From positions 72,576 through 136,575 of the forward strand of contig JAFZDO010000041.1 of NCBI GenBank assembly GCA_017561145.1: 64,000 nucleotides of DNA. Reading direction: 5' to 3'. The DNA comes from Clostridia bacterium (lineage in GTDB: Bacteria > Bacillota > Clostridia > Oscillospirales > CAG-382). The translations under genes were made by a program, and so were the position numbers. The number at the start of each line of letters is the position of its first letter. Position 1 is the stretch's first letter. Under the pieces are notes generated by a model that searched no databases, was not told where the DNA came from, and saw only the letters and a program-made list of their open reading frames with translations. Positions 9,115 through 17,637 of the stretch are shown one piece after another.

Positions 9115-9990
9115 TCACATATAAAGCTTCAGCGTTTTTTCGATCCAGTAATCAAATTCCGAATTAGGGCAGAAGCGTTCGAGCTCCTTAAATCGCTTAT
9201 ATGCATCGACTCCGTCGGTCGGGTCGTGCCAGATGTCGGCAAAAATATAGTCGAAATTACAGTCCTTCGCTTGTTTTTCGGCAAATTCAAAGGCATCGGC
9301 ACAAACAATATTGACCTTTTCGGGATGGGCAAAGCAGGGCAAAATAAGCTCGTTAAAGAGGCTGATGACCGATTCGTCCCTCTCGACGACCGTTACGCTT
9401 TCGACCTCATCCTTTCTTGCGCACATAAATGCAAAATAGCCGAGCCCGAGCCCGTACGTGCAGACTCTTCCTCTTGCCTTTTTAATAGGAAGCCGTTGGG
9501 TGACTATCTCGTTTGGCATCATCGTCATCCATTCCCTGCCGTTTTGCAAAACCGAAAGAAACCTAAATTCCTTGTCGAAATATCCGATTTGCGGTATCAC
9601 ACGTCCGTCGGGAAGCGTTAAGGGATCGTCGCATACGAATGCGGCAAAGGGTGGCAATTTATCCTCGCGGAGCTCCCATTCGTTGATCTGCTTTCCGTTT
9701 TTAATACGAACCGCTTTGTAAAATTCGTCGTTTTTGAAATATTCGTCGTCAAGGTGATGAAGCATCAAGGGCGAATAGCTTTCCCAAAGCAGACGGTCGG
9801 CTTCGATTTCGGTATCGAAGCCCAATGCCGCGCAAATAAGAAGCGAATACGCATTCTCGACGGTAAGACCGTAATTTTCGGTCAACTCGCAAACCATTTC
9901 CGAAGTTACGAAATCGGGTTTATTGTTAAGAAGTAATGCAAGTCGGTCAAAAATTATGCCGTTGGACGCCTTTATTTCTTCATAGGTCAT
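9115..9990 (-). CDS. Hypothetical protein with a SAM-methyltransferase / spermidine-synthase-like C-terminal half
   Basis: 291 aa. GLGLGY (GxGxG), VVERD and FADIW motifs in class I MTase order. ATGA overlap with the upstream MATE gene. Confidence 0.5.
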   Translation of the reverse strand: MTYEEIKASNGIIFDRLALLLNNKPDFVTSEMVCELTENYGLTVENAYSLLICAALGFDTEIEADRLLWESYSPLMLHHLDDEYFKNDEFYKAVRIKNGKQINEWELREDKLPPFAAFVCDDPLTLPDGRVIPQIGYFDKEFRFLSVLQNGREWMTMMPNEIVTQRLPIKKARGRVCTYGLGLGYFAFMCARKDEVESVTVVERDESVISLFNELILPCFAHPEKVNIVCADAFEFAEKQAKDCNFDYIFADIWHDPTDGVDAYKRFKELERFCPNSEFDYWIEKTLKLYM

Positions 9991-11360
9991 AACGCCACCG
10001 CCTTTTTACGTCTGCGCAGAATTATCACGAAGCAGGTGAAATGCGCCGCAGTCGTTATGATCCAGGTCGCAGGATAGGAAATATAAAGTATCTCGATCAA
10101 ATGGAACTCCGCAAACACGGTATATATCCAGATAACGCGCAAAAGGCAGGAGCCCACGAGCGAAACTATCGCAGAAACGAGTGAGGCACCCATACCGCGA
10201 AGCATACCCGACATGACCTCCATCATACCGCAAAGAAAGTAGGGTGCACCGACAATAAGCAATCTTGTCATACCGACGCGCATCGTTTCGCTTGTTTCGA
10301 CGGTACCCTCGACGCCGAAAAGCGAAAGAAGCTGCGGGCCGAACAGGAAGCAGGAGATACCGAGCACCAAGCCGACGACAACGACCATCAGCAGGCATTC
10401 GGCGCAAACCTTTTTCACGCGGTCATAGCGCAAAGCACCCGCATTCTGTCCTGCAAACGCAAGTGCGGCGTGATAAAGCGAATTCATTGCGATATATATA
10501 AGTCCGTCGATATTCGCCGCCGCGGTATTTGCCGCCATTGTGGCAGGGCCGAAGCTGTTTATCGACGATTGGATAAGCACGTTCGAAATCGAGAAAAGAC
10601 ATCCCTGCACGCCTGCAGGCACGCCGATCTTAATTATCTTTATAAGCTTATCGCGACGGATGTAAAGATGCTTTATATCGAGCTTACAATAATCGTCAAG
10701 CTTTGTAAGATAGCGCAAAACGAGAAACGCCGAAAGGTATTGCGAGATTATCGTTGCAAGAGCAACGCCCAAAACGTCAAGATGAAAAACTGTAACGAAA
10801 ATAAGGTTAAGACCGACGTTCAAGGCGCCCGAAACCAAAAGGAAGAAAAACGGCCGCCTAGTATCGCCGCGCGCGTTGATTATCGCCGCACCGTAGTTAT
10901 ATGCCATCTGCGCAGGCATTCCCAAAAATATCGTGCGCATATAAAGCGTCGATTGACCGATAACCGTGTCAGGCACGCCCATAAGACCGAGCAGAGGCTC
11001 GGCGGCGAAAAAGCCGAATATCGAAATGATAATACCGAGAATGCCCGAAAGAAATATCGAGGTATGAACGATATCCTTTGCCTGCTCATCCCTGCCCGAG
11101 CCGAACGCATGAGAGATAGAAACGTTCGCACCTACGGCAAGACCGATAAAAAGTCCGGTAATAAGAGCGGATATCGAGCCTGTCGAGCCGACCGCCGCCA
11201 AAGCGGTCTCACCGTCCTGAGCAAAGCGTCCGACGATAACGGTATCCGCAGAATTGTAAAGAAACTGCAAAACGCCCGTGCCCAAAACGGGAAGCGCATA
11301 TTTAACTATATTTTTGAATATCGGCCCCTCGGTCATATTCATTCTTGCATTTGATGCCAT
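9987..11360 (-). CDS. MATE family efflux transporter
   Basis: MTEGPIFKNIVKYALPVLGTGVLQFLYNSADTVIVGRF is a typical MATE N-terminus; 12 hydrophobic segments. Start placed at the ATG after GGGAGCAAGG, because the predicted promoter TATAAT lies almost on the ORF-track start. Confidence 0.9.
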   Translation of the reverse strand: MASNARMNMTEGPIFKNIVKYALPVLGTGVLQFLYNSADTVIVGRFAQDGETALAAVGSTGSISALITGLFIGLAVGANVSISHAFGSGRDEQAKDIVHTSIFLSGILGIIISIFGFFAAEPLLGLMGVPDTVIGQSTLYMRTIFLGMPAQMAYNYGAAIINARGDTRRPFFFLLVSGALNVGLNLIFVTVFHLDVLGVALATIISQYLSAFLVLRYLTKLDDYCKLDIKHLYIRRDKLIKIIKIGVPAGVQGCLFSISNVLIQSSINSFGPATMAANTAAANIDGLIYIAMNSLYHAALAFAGQNAGALRYDRVKKVCAECLLMVVVVGLVLGISCFLFGPQLLSLFGVEGTVETSETMRVGMTRLLIVGAPYFLCGMMEVMSGMLRGMGASLVSAIVSLVGSCLLRVIWIYTVFAEFHLIEILYISYPATWIITTAAHFTCFVIILRRRKKAVAL

Positions 11361-11562
11361 GACCTTGCTCCCAACAGCAAATTTCAACTAAATTATATTC
11401 CTTTTGACCTTAAAGTCAAGGAATTTACAAAAAATCGCTGTTTAGTCGAAAATCCTTTTGTTTTTTGTCTTTTTTTATAACAAATTCATTACAAACGTGT
11501 TTTAAAATGCTGTTACAGTGTGATATAATAAACGTGCTACACGTAAAAAGGGCGGTGAAAAA

Positions 11563-12210
11563 ATGGCAAGAATACTTATTGTTGAGGACGAGCGTCCGAT
11601 ACGCAACCTGATACAGCGTAATTTGGAGCTTATCGGTCATACCTGCGTCGGAGTGGGCGACGGTGTGAGCGCGCTCGAGGTTATGGCCAACGAGCGCTTC
11701 GATCTGATGATCTTCGATATAATGCTTCCCGGTGTTTCGGGATACGAGCTTATCGGGCATGCAAACGGCACACCGACGATATTCGTTACCGCAAAAGAGG
11801 GCATTAACGACCGTTTAAAGGGTCTTTCGCTCGGCGCTGACGATTATATCGTAAAGCCGTTCGAGATCCAAGAGCTGATCCTTCGCGTACGGGCGGTTTT
11901 AAGAAGAACGAAAAAAGACGACAAAAGGCTGGAATTTGACGATATCGTTATCGATTTTTCGGCAAAAAAGGTGTTTAAAAACGGTCTCGAGGCGATTCTT
12001 ACACCAAAAGAATATTCTCTTTTGGAAACGCTTGTGCTTAACCGAAACATAGCCCTCTCGCGAGAGAAGCTGATAAATCTCGTTTGGGGCTTTGATTACG
12101 AGGGCGACACCCGTACCGTCGACGTGCATATCCGACAGCTCCGCGCAAAGCTCGGGCTGACCGACAGATTAAAGACCCTCTACAAGACGGGGTACAGATT
12201 CGAGCTATGA
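11563..12210 (+). CDS. OmpR-family response regulator
   Basis: Receiver domain (ILIVEDE, DLMIFDIMLPG) plus a winged-helix DNA-binding C-terminus (RTVDVHIRQLRAKL). Confidence 0.9.
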   Translation: MARILIVEDERPIRNLIQRNLELIGHTCVGVGDGVSALEVMANERFDLMIFDIMLPGVSGYELIGHANGTPTIFVTAKEGINDRLKGLSLGADDYIVKPFEIQELILRVRAVLRRTKKDDKRLEFDDIVIDFSAKKVFKNGLEAILTPKEYSLLETLVLNRNIALSREKLINLVWGFDYEGDTRTVDVHIRQLRAKLGLTDRLKTLYKTGYRFEL

Positions 12211-13559
12211 GATTCAAGGACAAAACTTACATCATCACCCTCGTGCTGTTTTTGCTCTTTTTGAACGCCGGTATATTTTCACTTGCCTATTACACCCATC
12301 AAAAAAGCGCCACCGCGGCATACGAGCTTTGCCATTCCGAAAAGGGAGTCATCGTCGAGGCGTTCGAGGATGATATAAGTCATCTCGGGCCAAGTGCAAG
12401 AAAGCACGTTATGTATTCCTTCGGTACGCATTACGCCGCAAAGGATATCGGCCTTTGCTTTGTTGATGAAAGCGGAGAGACGCTGTATACAAGCTTTCCT
12501 TCGGGGCTTGAAATTCCCGTTGCGGGTCAAAGCTCCACCCAATATTACGACGGCAAACGCATTTACCTTATTTCAGAAACGGTCGCCAACGGGCAATATA
12601 CCTTTACCTATGCAAAGGATCTTACGCACTTAGACGAGGATTTTAAAAGCATTTCGGTCGTTTTTGTGCTGACCTCGCTGGGTGCCTCGGCACTGCTGGC
12701 AATCGTTTTGTTTTTCGTGCTTCACAAGCTCTCAAGTCCTCTTATGAGATTGCGCGAGGCGACCGAAGCGATTTCGAACGGTGATTTCACCATTCGTGCC
12801 GACGATTCGGGCAGAGACGAATTTTCGCTTCTTGCGGCGGATTTCAACCGTATGGCAGAGCATATAAGCGGGCAGATGCACGAGCTTGAGGCAAGCGCAA
12901 AAATCAAACAGCAGATGCTCGACAACTTAGCCCACGAAATGCGCACACCCCTTACCTCGATAAGAGGCTATGCCGAATATCTTTTGAACGCCAACATCGA
13001 CGAAAAGGAAAAGATTGACGCAACGGAATTCATTATTGCGGAATCCGAACGCTTAAAGGCGATAGGCGAAAAGCTTCTTGACGATGCATTTATTCGTGAA
13101 AACGGAATAAAGCGCGAAAGAGTCAACCTTTCAAGAATCGTTGCCGACACCGCGAAAAAGTTAAATATTTTTGCAAACAATAACGGGGTTTCGATTTCCG
13201 TCAACGCCAAAAGCGTTGAATGCGATTGCGACCCTTTGCTCATCGGGATGCTGCTTACAAACCTTGCAAACAACGCAATAAAGGCGTGCAAGGGCAGCGG
13301 AGCGATAATAATTTCCTGCGGAATACAAAACGAGAAAGCGTTCGTTTCGGTAACCGACAACGGTGTTGGAATGACGAAGGAGCAGCTTTTGCGAATTACC
13401 GAGCCATTTTACCGCACCGACAAATCGCGCGCACGTGAGGACGGCGGAACCGGACTCGGTCTTGCGCTCTGCGAACGTATCGCAAAGGCGCACGACGCCG
13501 TTCTTTCCTTTGAATCCGAGCTTGGAAAAGGAACGGTTGCCACCGTCGTTTTCAAATAA
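12207..13559 (+). CDS. Sensor histidine kinase (two TM, HAMP, HisKA, HATPase)
   Basis: H-box LAHEMRTPLTSIRGY, N-box LANNAIKA, G-boxes DNGVGM and GGTGLGLA. ATGA overlap with the response regulator gene. Confidence 0.9.
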   Translation: MRFKDKTYIITLVLFLLFLNAGIFSLAYYTHQKSATAAYELCHSEKGVIVEAFEDDISHLGPSARKHVMYSFGTHYAAKDIGLCFVDESGETLYTSFPSGLEIPVAGQSSTQYYDGKRIYLISETVANGQYTFTYAKDLTHLDEDFKSISVVFVLTSLGASALLAIVLFFVLHKLSSPLMRLREATEAISNGDFTIRADDSGRDEFSLLAADFNRMAEHISGQMHELEASAKIKQQMLDNLAHEMRTPLTSIRGYAEYLLNANIDEKEKIDATEFIIAESERLKAIGEKLLDDAFIRENGIKRERVNLSRIVADTAKKLNIFANNNGVSISVNAKSVECDCDPLLIGMLLTNLANNAIKACKGSGAIIISCGIQNEKAFVSVTDNGVGMTKEQLLRITEPFYRTDKSRAREDGGTGLGLALCERIAKAHDAVLSFESELGKGTVATVVFK

Positions 13560-13644
13560 AACTTTTACAAATTTATAACAAATCGAGAAAAAATTTAAAA
13601 TATTCCTGCTTTACCATAACGGTACAGAAAGGAGGAGTGTAATT

Positions 13645-14565
13645 ATGAAAAACAAGACACTCGCAATTATCACAGCATCCATTATCACCGTGGCGGCATT
13701 GATCCTTACCGCAAGTCTTTCGCTTCTTAACGGTGCGGCTATCGACATCAGTGACGCACTCGTTTCGACCGCAGAGCCCGTAATCGATAACGGAATTGCA
13801 GACGATAACGTCGAAATTGAGGTCAACGTTGAAGACACCAACGACGTCGAGATCGACAATGACGTTGACGAAGAGATCTACGTTGAAACCGAAGAGGACG
13901 TTACCGTTGAAAACGAAGCTCCCGTTGAATACCTCGACACCACCCTTCCCGCACTCGATACTCTCGAGGTAGTTGCGACAAGCGACGAGCTCGGAACCGA
14001 CTCCCCCGGCTTCGAATACGTTCTCCGCAAGGATATCGTTATCGACGTGTTCGAGCACAAAACCGGCAAATTCGTGGGTCAGGTATGGTTGACCGAGGAC
14101 GAGCTTTACGATGAATTCTGCAGAACCTTCGATGCAGACTTCGATTACACCGCAGGTCTTTTCGACCCCAACAACCCCGATGACGTTCCGGTTTATATCC
14201 CCGAAGCAACCTACCGCGTTGAATTTTATTGGGTAAACCGTCTTACCGCGAACGCAAGCGGCTGTATCGGCTCGCTCGCATTTTCTTACGGCGTAGAGGA
14301 CAACGAAATCTATGAATACACTCAGACCGGCTATTCTCTCGCAAACGGCGAAACTGTTATCGCATTTATGGAATCGCTCGTAGCGGAAAAGATCGCACAG
14401 CTTGAAAACGGCGTCAACGACGACCTTACTGTAGACCAATCCTTTGCGTATATCATCGGCTTCGACGGCGAAAACAGCTGCTGGAACGGCACCACACTCA
14501 GCACCGGTGAATTTCTCCCCGGCGCACCCCGTTATGCAGAACGCTTCCCTTATATTCAGAAATAA
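13645..14565 (+). CDS. Secreted acidic protein of unknown function
   Basis: AAAGGAGG RBS and an N-terminal hydrophobic signal/anchor (LAIITASIITVAALILTASL), then a D/E/V/N-rich region. No family recognised. Confidence 0.65.
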   Translation: MKNKTLAIITASIITVAALILTASLSLLNGAAIDISDALVSTAEPVIDNGIADDNVEIEVNVEDTNDVEIDNDVDEEIYVETEEDVTVENEAPVEYLDTTLPALDTLEVVATSDELGTDSPGFEYVLRKDIVIDVFEHKTGKFVGQVWLTEDELYDEFCRTFDADFDYTAGLFDPNNPDDVPVYIPEATYRVEFYWVNRLTANASGCIGSLAFSYGVEDNEIYEYTQTGYSLANGETVIAFMESLVAEKIAQLENGVNDDLTVDQSFAYIIGFDGENSCWNGTTLSTGEFLPGAPRYAERFPYIQK

Positions 14566-14622
14566 CCCTCCGCTCCTTATTTTTACAATATCGCATGAAC
14601 CCTCTCTTACCTCAGCGATAAC

Positions 14623-14660
14623 AAAACAGCCGAAGCAAATCGCTTCGGCTGTTTTGATTT
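14623..14660. terminator. Bidirectional terminator
   Basis: acagccgaagc-aaatc-gcttcggctgt stem flanked by A-run and T-runs. Confidence 0.85.
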
Positions 14661-14677
14661 TTATGTCGATTTAATTA

Positions 14678-15817
14678 TCAGGGCTTTTTAACGGTATCCT
14701 TAATGCTTTCGTAAACAAACTGTGCGAAGGGCCTATACGTATCGTCCTTCGGGTGAAGTCCGTCTACGAAAACGGATTCGTTTTCCAAGGACCACGCGTG
14801 AAGGTCAACGATCTGAAGCTTTTTGTCGTTTGCGATATCCTTAAGCAAGGGAGTTACGTATTTATCGAGGTTTGCGTTCCACGCATCGGCATTCCATTCG
14901 TCGTTGCCGACCTTGAAAAGCGCACTCGGCAGAAGCATAATGATCTGAACGTCGGGCTTTACGGCTTTAAATTCATTAAAAAGCTCGTTCGTGCTTTGGA
15001 TAAATTTATTTGCTCTGTCGTTCTCTTCGTTTTCCCAATTCTTATAGGGTTGATTCGGTGTGGGATTTGCGTCGTTCGTACCGAGCGCGAAAAGCACTAC
15101 GTCGGGCTTGAAGCTCTTTGCCTGCTGGAATTCGGGCGACTTCTTATAAGCAAACTGATCGGTGCTTACAATAGAATAGCCGGAAATACCTGCATTGAAC
15201 ACGTAATAATCAAGTCCGAGCATTTCTTGAAGAAATACGGGATAGGTCTTGTTTTTGTTAGTAGATGTAGCGCCGTAGGTGATGCTGTCGCCGACACACG
15301 CAACTCTTACAACCTTCTTTTCGCCTTCGAATTTCATATCTGTCACCTTTTCGGATTCGGAAAGTTTTGTTAAAAACGCTTCACTCGCGCCCAAAGCACC
15401 GTTTGCATAGGTAGCCGCAAAAAGAACCTTTTTATCTTTTACCTCAACGCAATATTTGCCGATATCGTATCTTGCGGTATAATCCTTGCAGATATCGCGG
15501 TTGTCGATAACGCCGAAAATGATTTCATATTCATTTTCCTTGGCAGAATCGGTCACACAGCGAAGCGAAACGCCATACTCTGCCTTGACCTTTTTGATAA
15601 ACGACTGTGCCGCGGTGCTGAATTTCGCCGCGTCGCCGCTGTTGTTCTTGAAAACAACCGTAAACTTGGAAAGTGATACTCCGTTAATTTTGGGAATCTT
15701 TATTTCAACGGGTTTCGAAGCCTCTGCCGAGCTTTCCGAAGACTCTTCATCGCCGCACGCGGCAAGACAAAATACGAAGGTTAACGCGAGAAAAAAGCAC
15801 AAAAATCTTTTGATCAT
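14678..15817 (-). CDS. SGNH/GDSL-type esterase lipoprotein
   Basis: Lipobox LAAC. C-terminal domain has VGDSITYG (block I), GTNDA (block III) and DGLHP (block V). The N-terminal ~150-aa domain is unknown. Confidence 0.8.
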   Translation of the reverse strand: MIKRFLCFFLALTFVFCLAACGDEESSESSAEASKPVEIKIPKINGVSLSKFTVVFKNNSGDAAKFSTAAQSFIKKVKAEYGVSLRCVTDSAKENEYEIIFGVIDNRDICKDYTARYDIGKYCVEVKDKKVLFAATYANGALGASEAFLTKLSESEKVTDMKFEGEKKVVRVACVGDSITYGATSTNKNKTYPVFLQEMLGLDYYVFNAGISGYSIVSTDQFAYKKSPEFQQAKSFKPDVVLFALGTNDANPTPNQPYKNWENEENDRANKFIQSTNELFNEFKAVKPDVQIIMLLPSALFKVGNDEWNADAWNANLDKYVTPLLKDIANDKKLQIVDLHAWSLENESVFVDGLHPKDDTYRPFAQFVYESIKDTVKKP

Positions 15818-15849
15818 TTTTAACGTTCTCCGTTTTCTTTAAATTCTGT

Positions 15850-16974
15850 TCAGATTCTGGTTGCGCGCCATACCAAAGCACTTCTTGCAGGCACGTCTGC
15901 AAAAGCACCGCATGAAAATTCGCCGAGATCGACGTGATTTACACAGTCGCGGATGCGCACCTTGTCGGTAATTTCCCAACCGCAATAATCCCAGGAAAGG
16001 ATCATCTTTTTGGGGGTATCGGTTTCGTTAACAAGGCAGAACGCGATATCGCCGTTTGCAAGAGGACGCGCGAGAATGAAATCGTTATTGCTCATCGGAG
16101 GAAGAGTATATGCCTGAACTCCCAAATCGTCCTGATTTATCGCTATAAGCTCCTTATTAAGCAAAATATTTGCTATTTCGGGAGTGGTCTTCCTTACGTC
16201 GTGGCCCATAAGCAGAGGCGCGGAAAGCATACACCAGATCGAAAAATGAGCGCTGTATTCGTTAAGGGTACATCCTCCGCCGATCTGACCTACCCAGCCC
16301 TCGCCGTTGAGTCCGACGACCATCATATCAGGGTCGTTCCATCCGCAGGGACCCGAATAAGCACCGACGGTAAGCGCGTTCTTCGCTACCTTGATTATAG
16401 ATTCCCAGCTATCCTGAATATCACCCGAAAGGCGCCACATCGAAGCACCCGTCTGGCGCATCCATTGGGTAACGTGGGTGTGACCGTAGCAACCCGAGAA
16501 AATAATATCTCTGCCGCTTTCGCGCAATGCCTGACCCATTCTTCTGAAAAGGTGCGAGGGATCCTGTCCCGGTGCAACGTAGCCGAAATCGTATTTAAGA
16601 AGGTCAACGCCCCATTCGGCAAATTTCTTTGCGTCCTGACGCTCGTGTCCGAAGCTGCCCTCGCAGTTTGCATAAGTAAGTACACCCGCGCCCGCATAAA
16701 GACCGTATTTAAATCCGCGCTCGTGCAGATAATCACCGATAGCCTTCATACCCGAAGGGAATCGTTCCTTCTGGGGCACAAGGTCGCCGTTTTCGTCACG
16801 GCCTCTTTGAAGCCAGGCATCGTCTATCGAAACGATGTTATAGCCAGCCTCCAAAAAGCCCATATCCTTCATTGCGTCGGCGGTTTCCTTGACCACCGTT
16901 TCGTTTATATGCTCCCAACCGAAATAGTTCCAAGCGTTCCAGCCCATCGGCGGCTTTAATAAATGCATTGCCAT
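15850..16974 (-). CDS. Glycoside hydrolase family 27 alpha-galactosidase-like enzyme (no signal peptide)
   Basis: PPMGWNAWNYF...SIDDAWL...LKYDF motifs are typical of GH27 melibiase. The protein starts directly with the catalytic domain. Confidence 0.85.
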   Translation of the reverse strand: MAMHLLKPPMGWNAWNYFGWEHINETVVKETADAMKDMGFLEAGYNIVSIDDAWLQRGRDENGDLVPQKERFPSGMKAIGDYLHERGFKYGLYAGAGVLTYANCEGSFGHERQDAKKFAEWGVDLLKYDFGYVAPGQDPSHLFRRMGQALRESGRDIIFSGCYGHTHVTQWMRQTGASMWRLSGDIQDSWESIIKVAKNALTVGAYSGPCGWNDPDMMVVGLNGEGWVGQIGGGCTLNEYSAHFSIWCMLSAPLLMGHDVRKTTPEIANILLNKELIAINQDDLGVQAYTLPPMSNNDFILARPLANGDIAFCLVNETDTPKKMILSWDYCGWEITDKVRIRDCVNHVDLGEFSCGAFADVPARSALVWRATRI

Positions 16975-17083
16975 AATTTGCCTCTTTAACTTGGTTTTGT
17001 GTTAATTTATTCTATACCACCTTATGCCATTTGTCAATGCGAAAATAAAAAAAGAGAGAAGCTGTCACTTCCCTCTTATCCAA

Positions 17084-17518
17084 TTATAAATACTGCCGCA
17101 TCTGCATCGCAAGGTCATCCTCGAGCTTGATCAGGCGGTTTGCAAAGCCCTTCGAAACGCTGTCGGCTTGCGAATATTGGTTAAGGTAGCGGTTTAGGGA
17201 CTTCACACCCATATTGCATCCGTCGGTGATAAGGTCGGCGATCGTTTTGTCGGAATAATCGAAAGCCATTTTCATGTTCGTCTTTATCCAACTCATCCCC
17301 TTTGCCGCGGGTGCAGGCTCCTTGCCGCTATCGCAATGCTCAACAAGCTTTGCCTTGATATCGGCAAGCAAGGTCTCGTGCTGATTGCGGCAATCCGCAA
17401 GACTCTCGCGCATTTCCTTTGCTCTTACGTCGGGAAGAACGTCATTTATCGAGGAAACTCCCATTTTTACGCCTGCATCACATTCGCGAAGCAGCTTTAA
17501 GGTATCGTTTTCGTGCAT
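17084..17518 (-). CDS. Hypothetical helical protein
   Basis: Start set at the ATG 7 nt after AAAGGAG (MHENDTL). Its own terminator is downstream (17049-17076). No family assigned with confidence. Confidence 0.6.
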   Translation of the reverse strand: MHENDTLKLLRECDAGVKMGVSSINDVLPDVRAKEMRESLADCRNQHETLLADIKAKLVEHCDSGKEPAPAAKGMSWIKTNMKMAFDYSDKTIADLITDGCNMGVKSLNRYLNQYSQADSVSKGFANRLIKLEDDLAMQMRQYL

Positions 17519-17580
17519 ATTTATTCTCCTTTGCATTTCGTTTTTTATAGTATGCACGCCGATCGACCGATTCATTCATA

Positions 17581-17609
17581 TTGACAAAATTTCAAAGCAG
17601 TTATAAAAT
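17581..17609 (+). promoter_or_regulatory. Promoter of DUF4434-like lipoprotein gene
   Basis: TTGACA (17581-17586), 17-nt spacer, TAAAAT (17604-17609). Confidence 0.7.
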
Positions 17610-17637
17610 AAAAAACGGAACACGGAGGTAATTTGAT

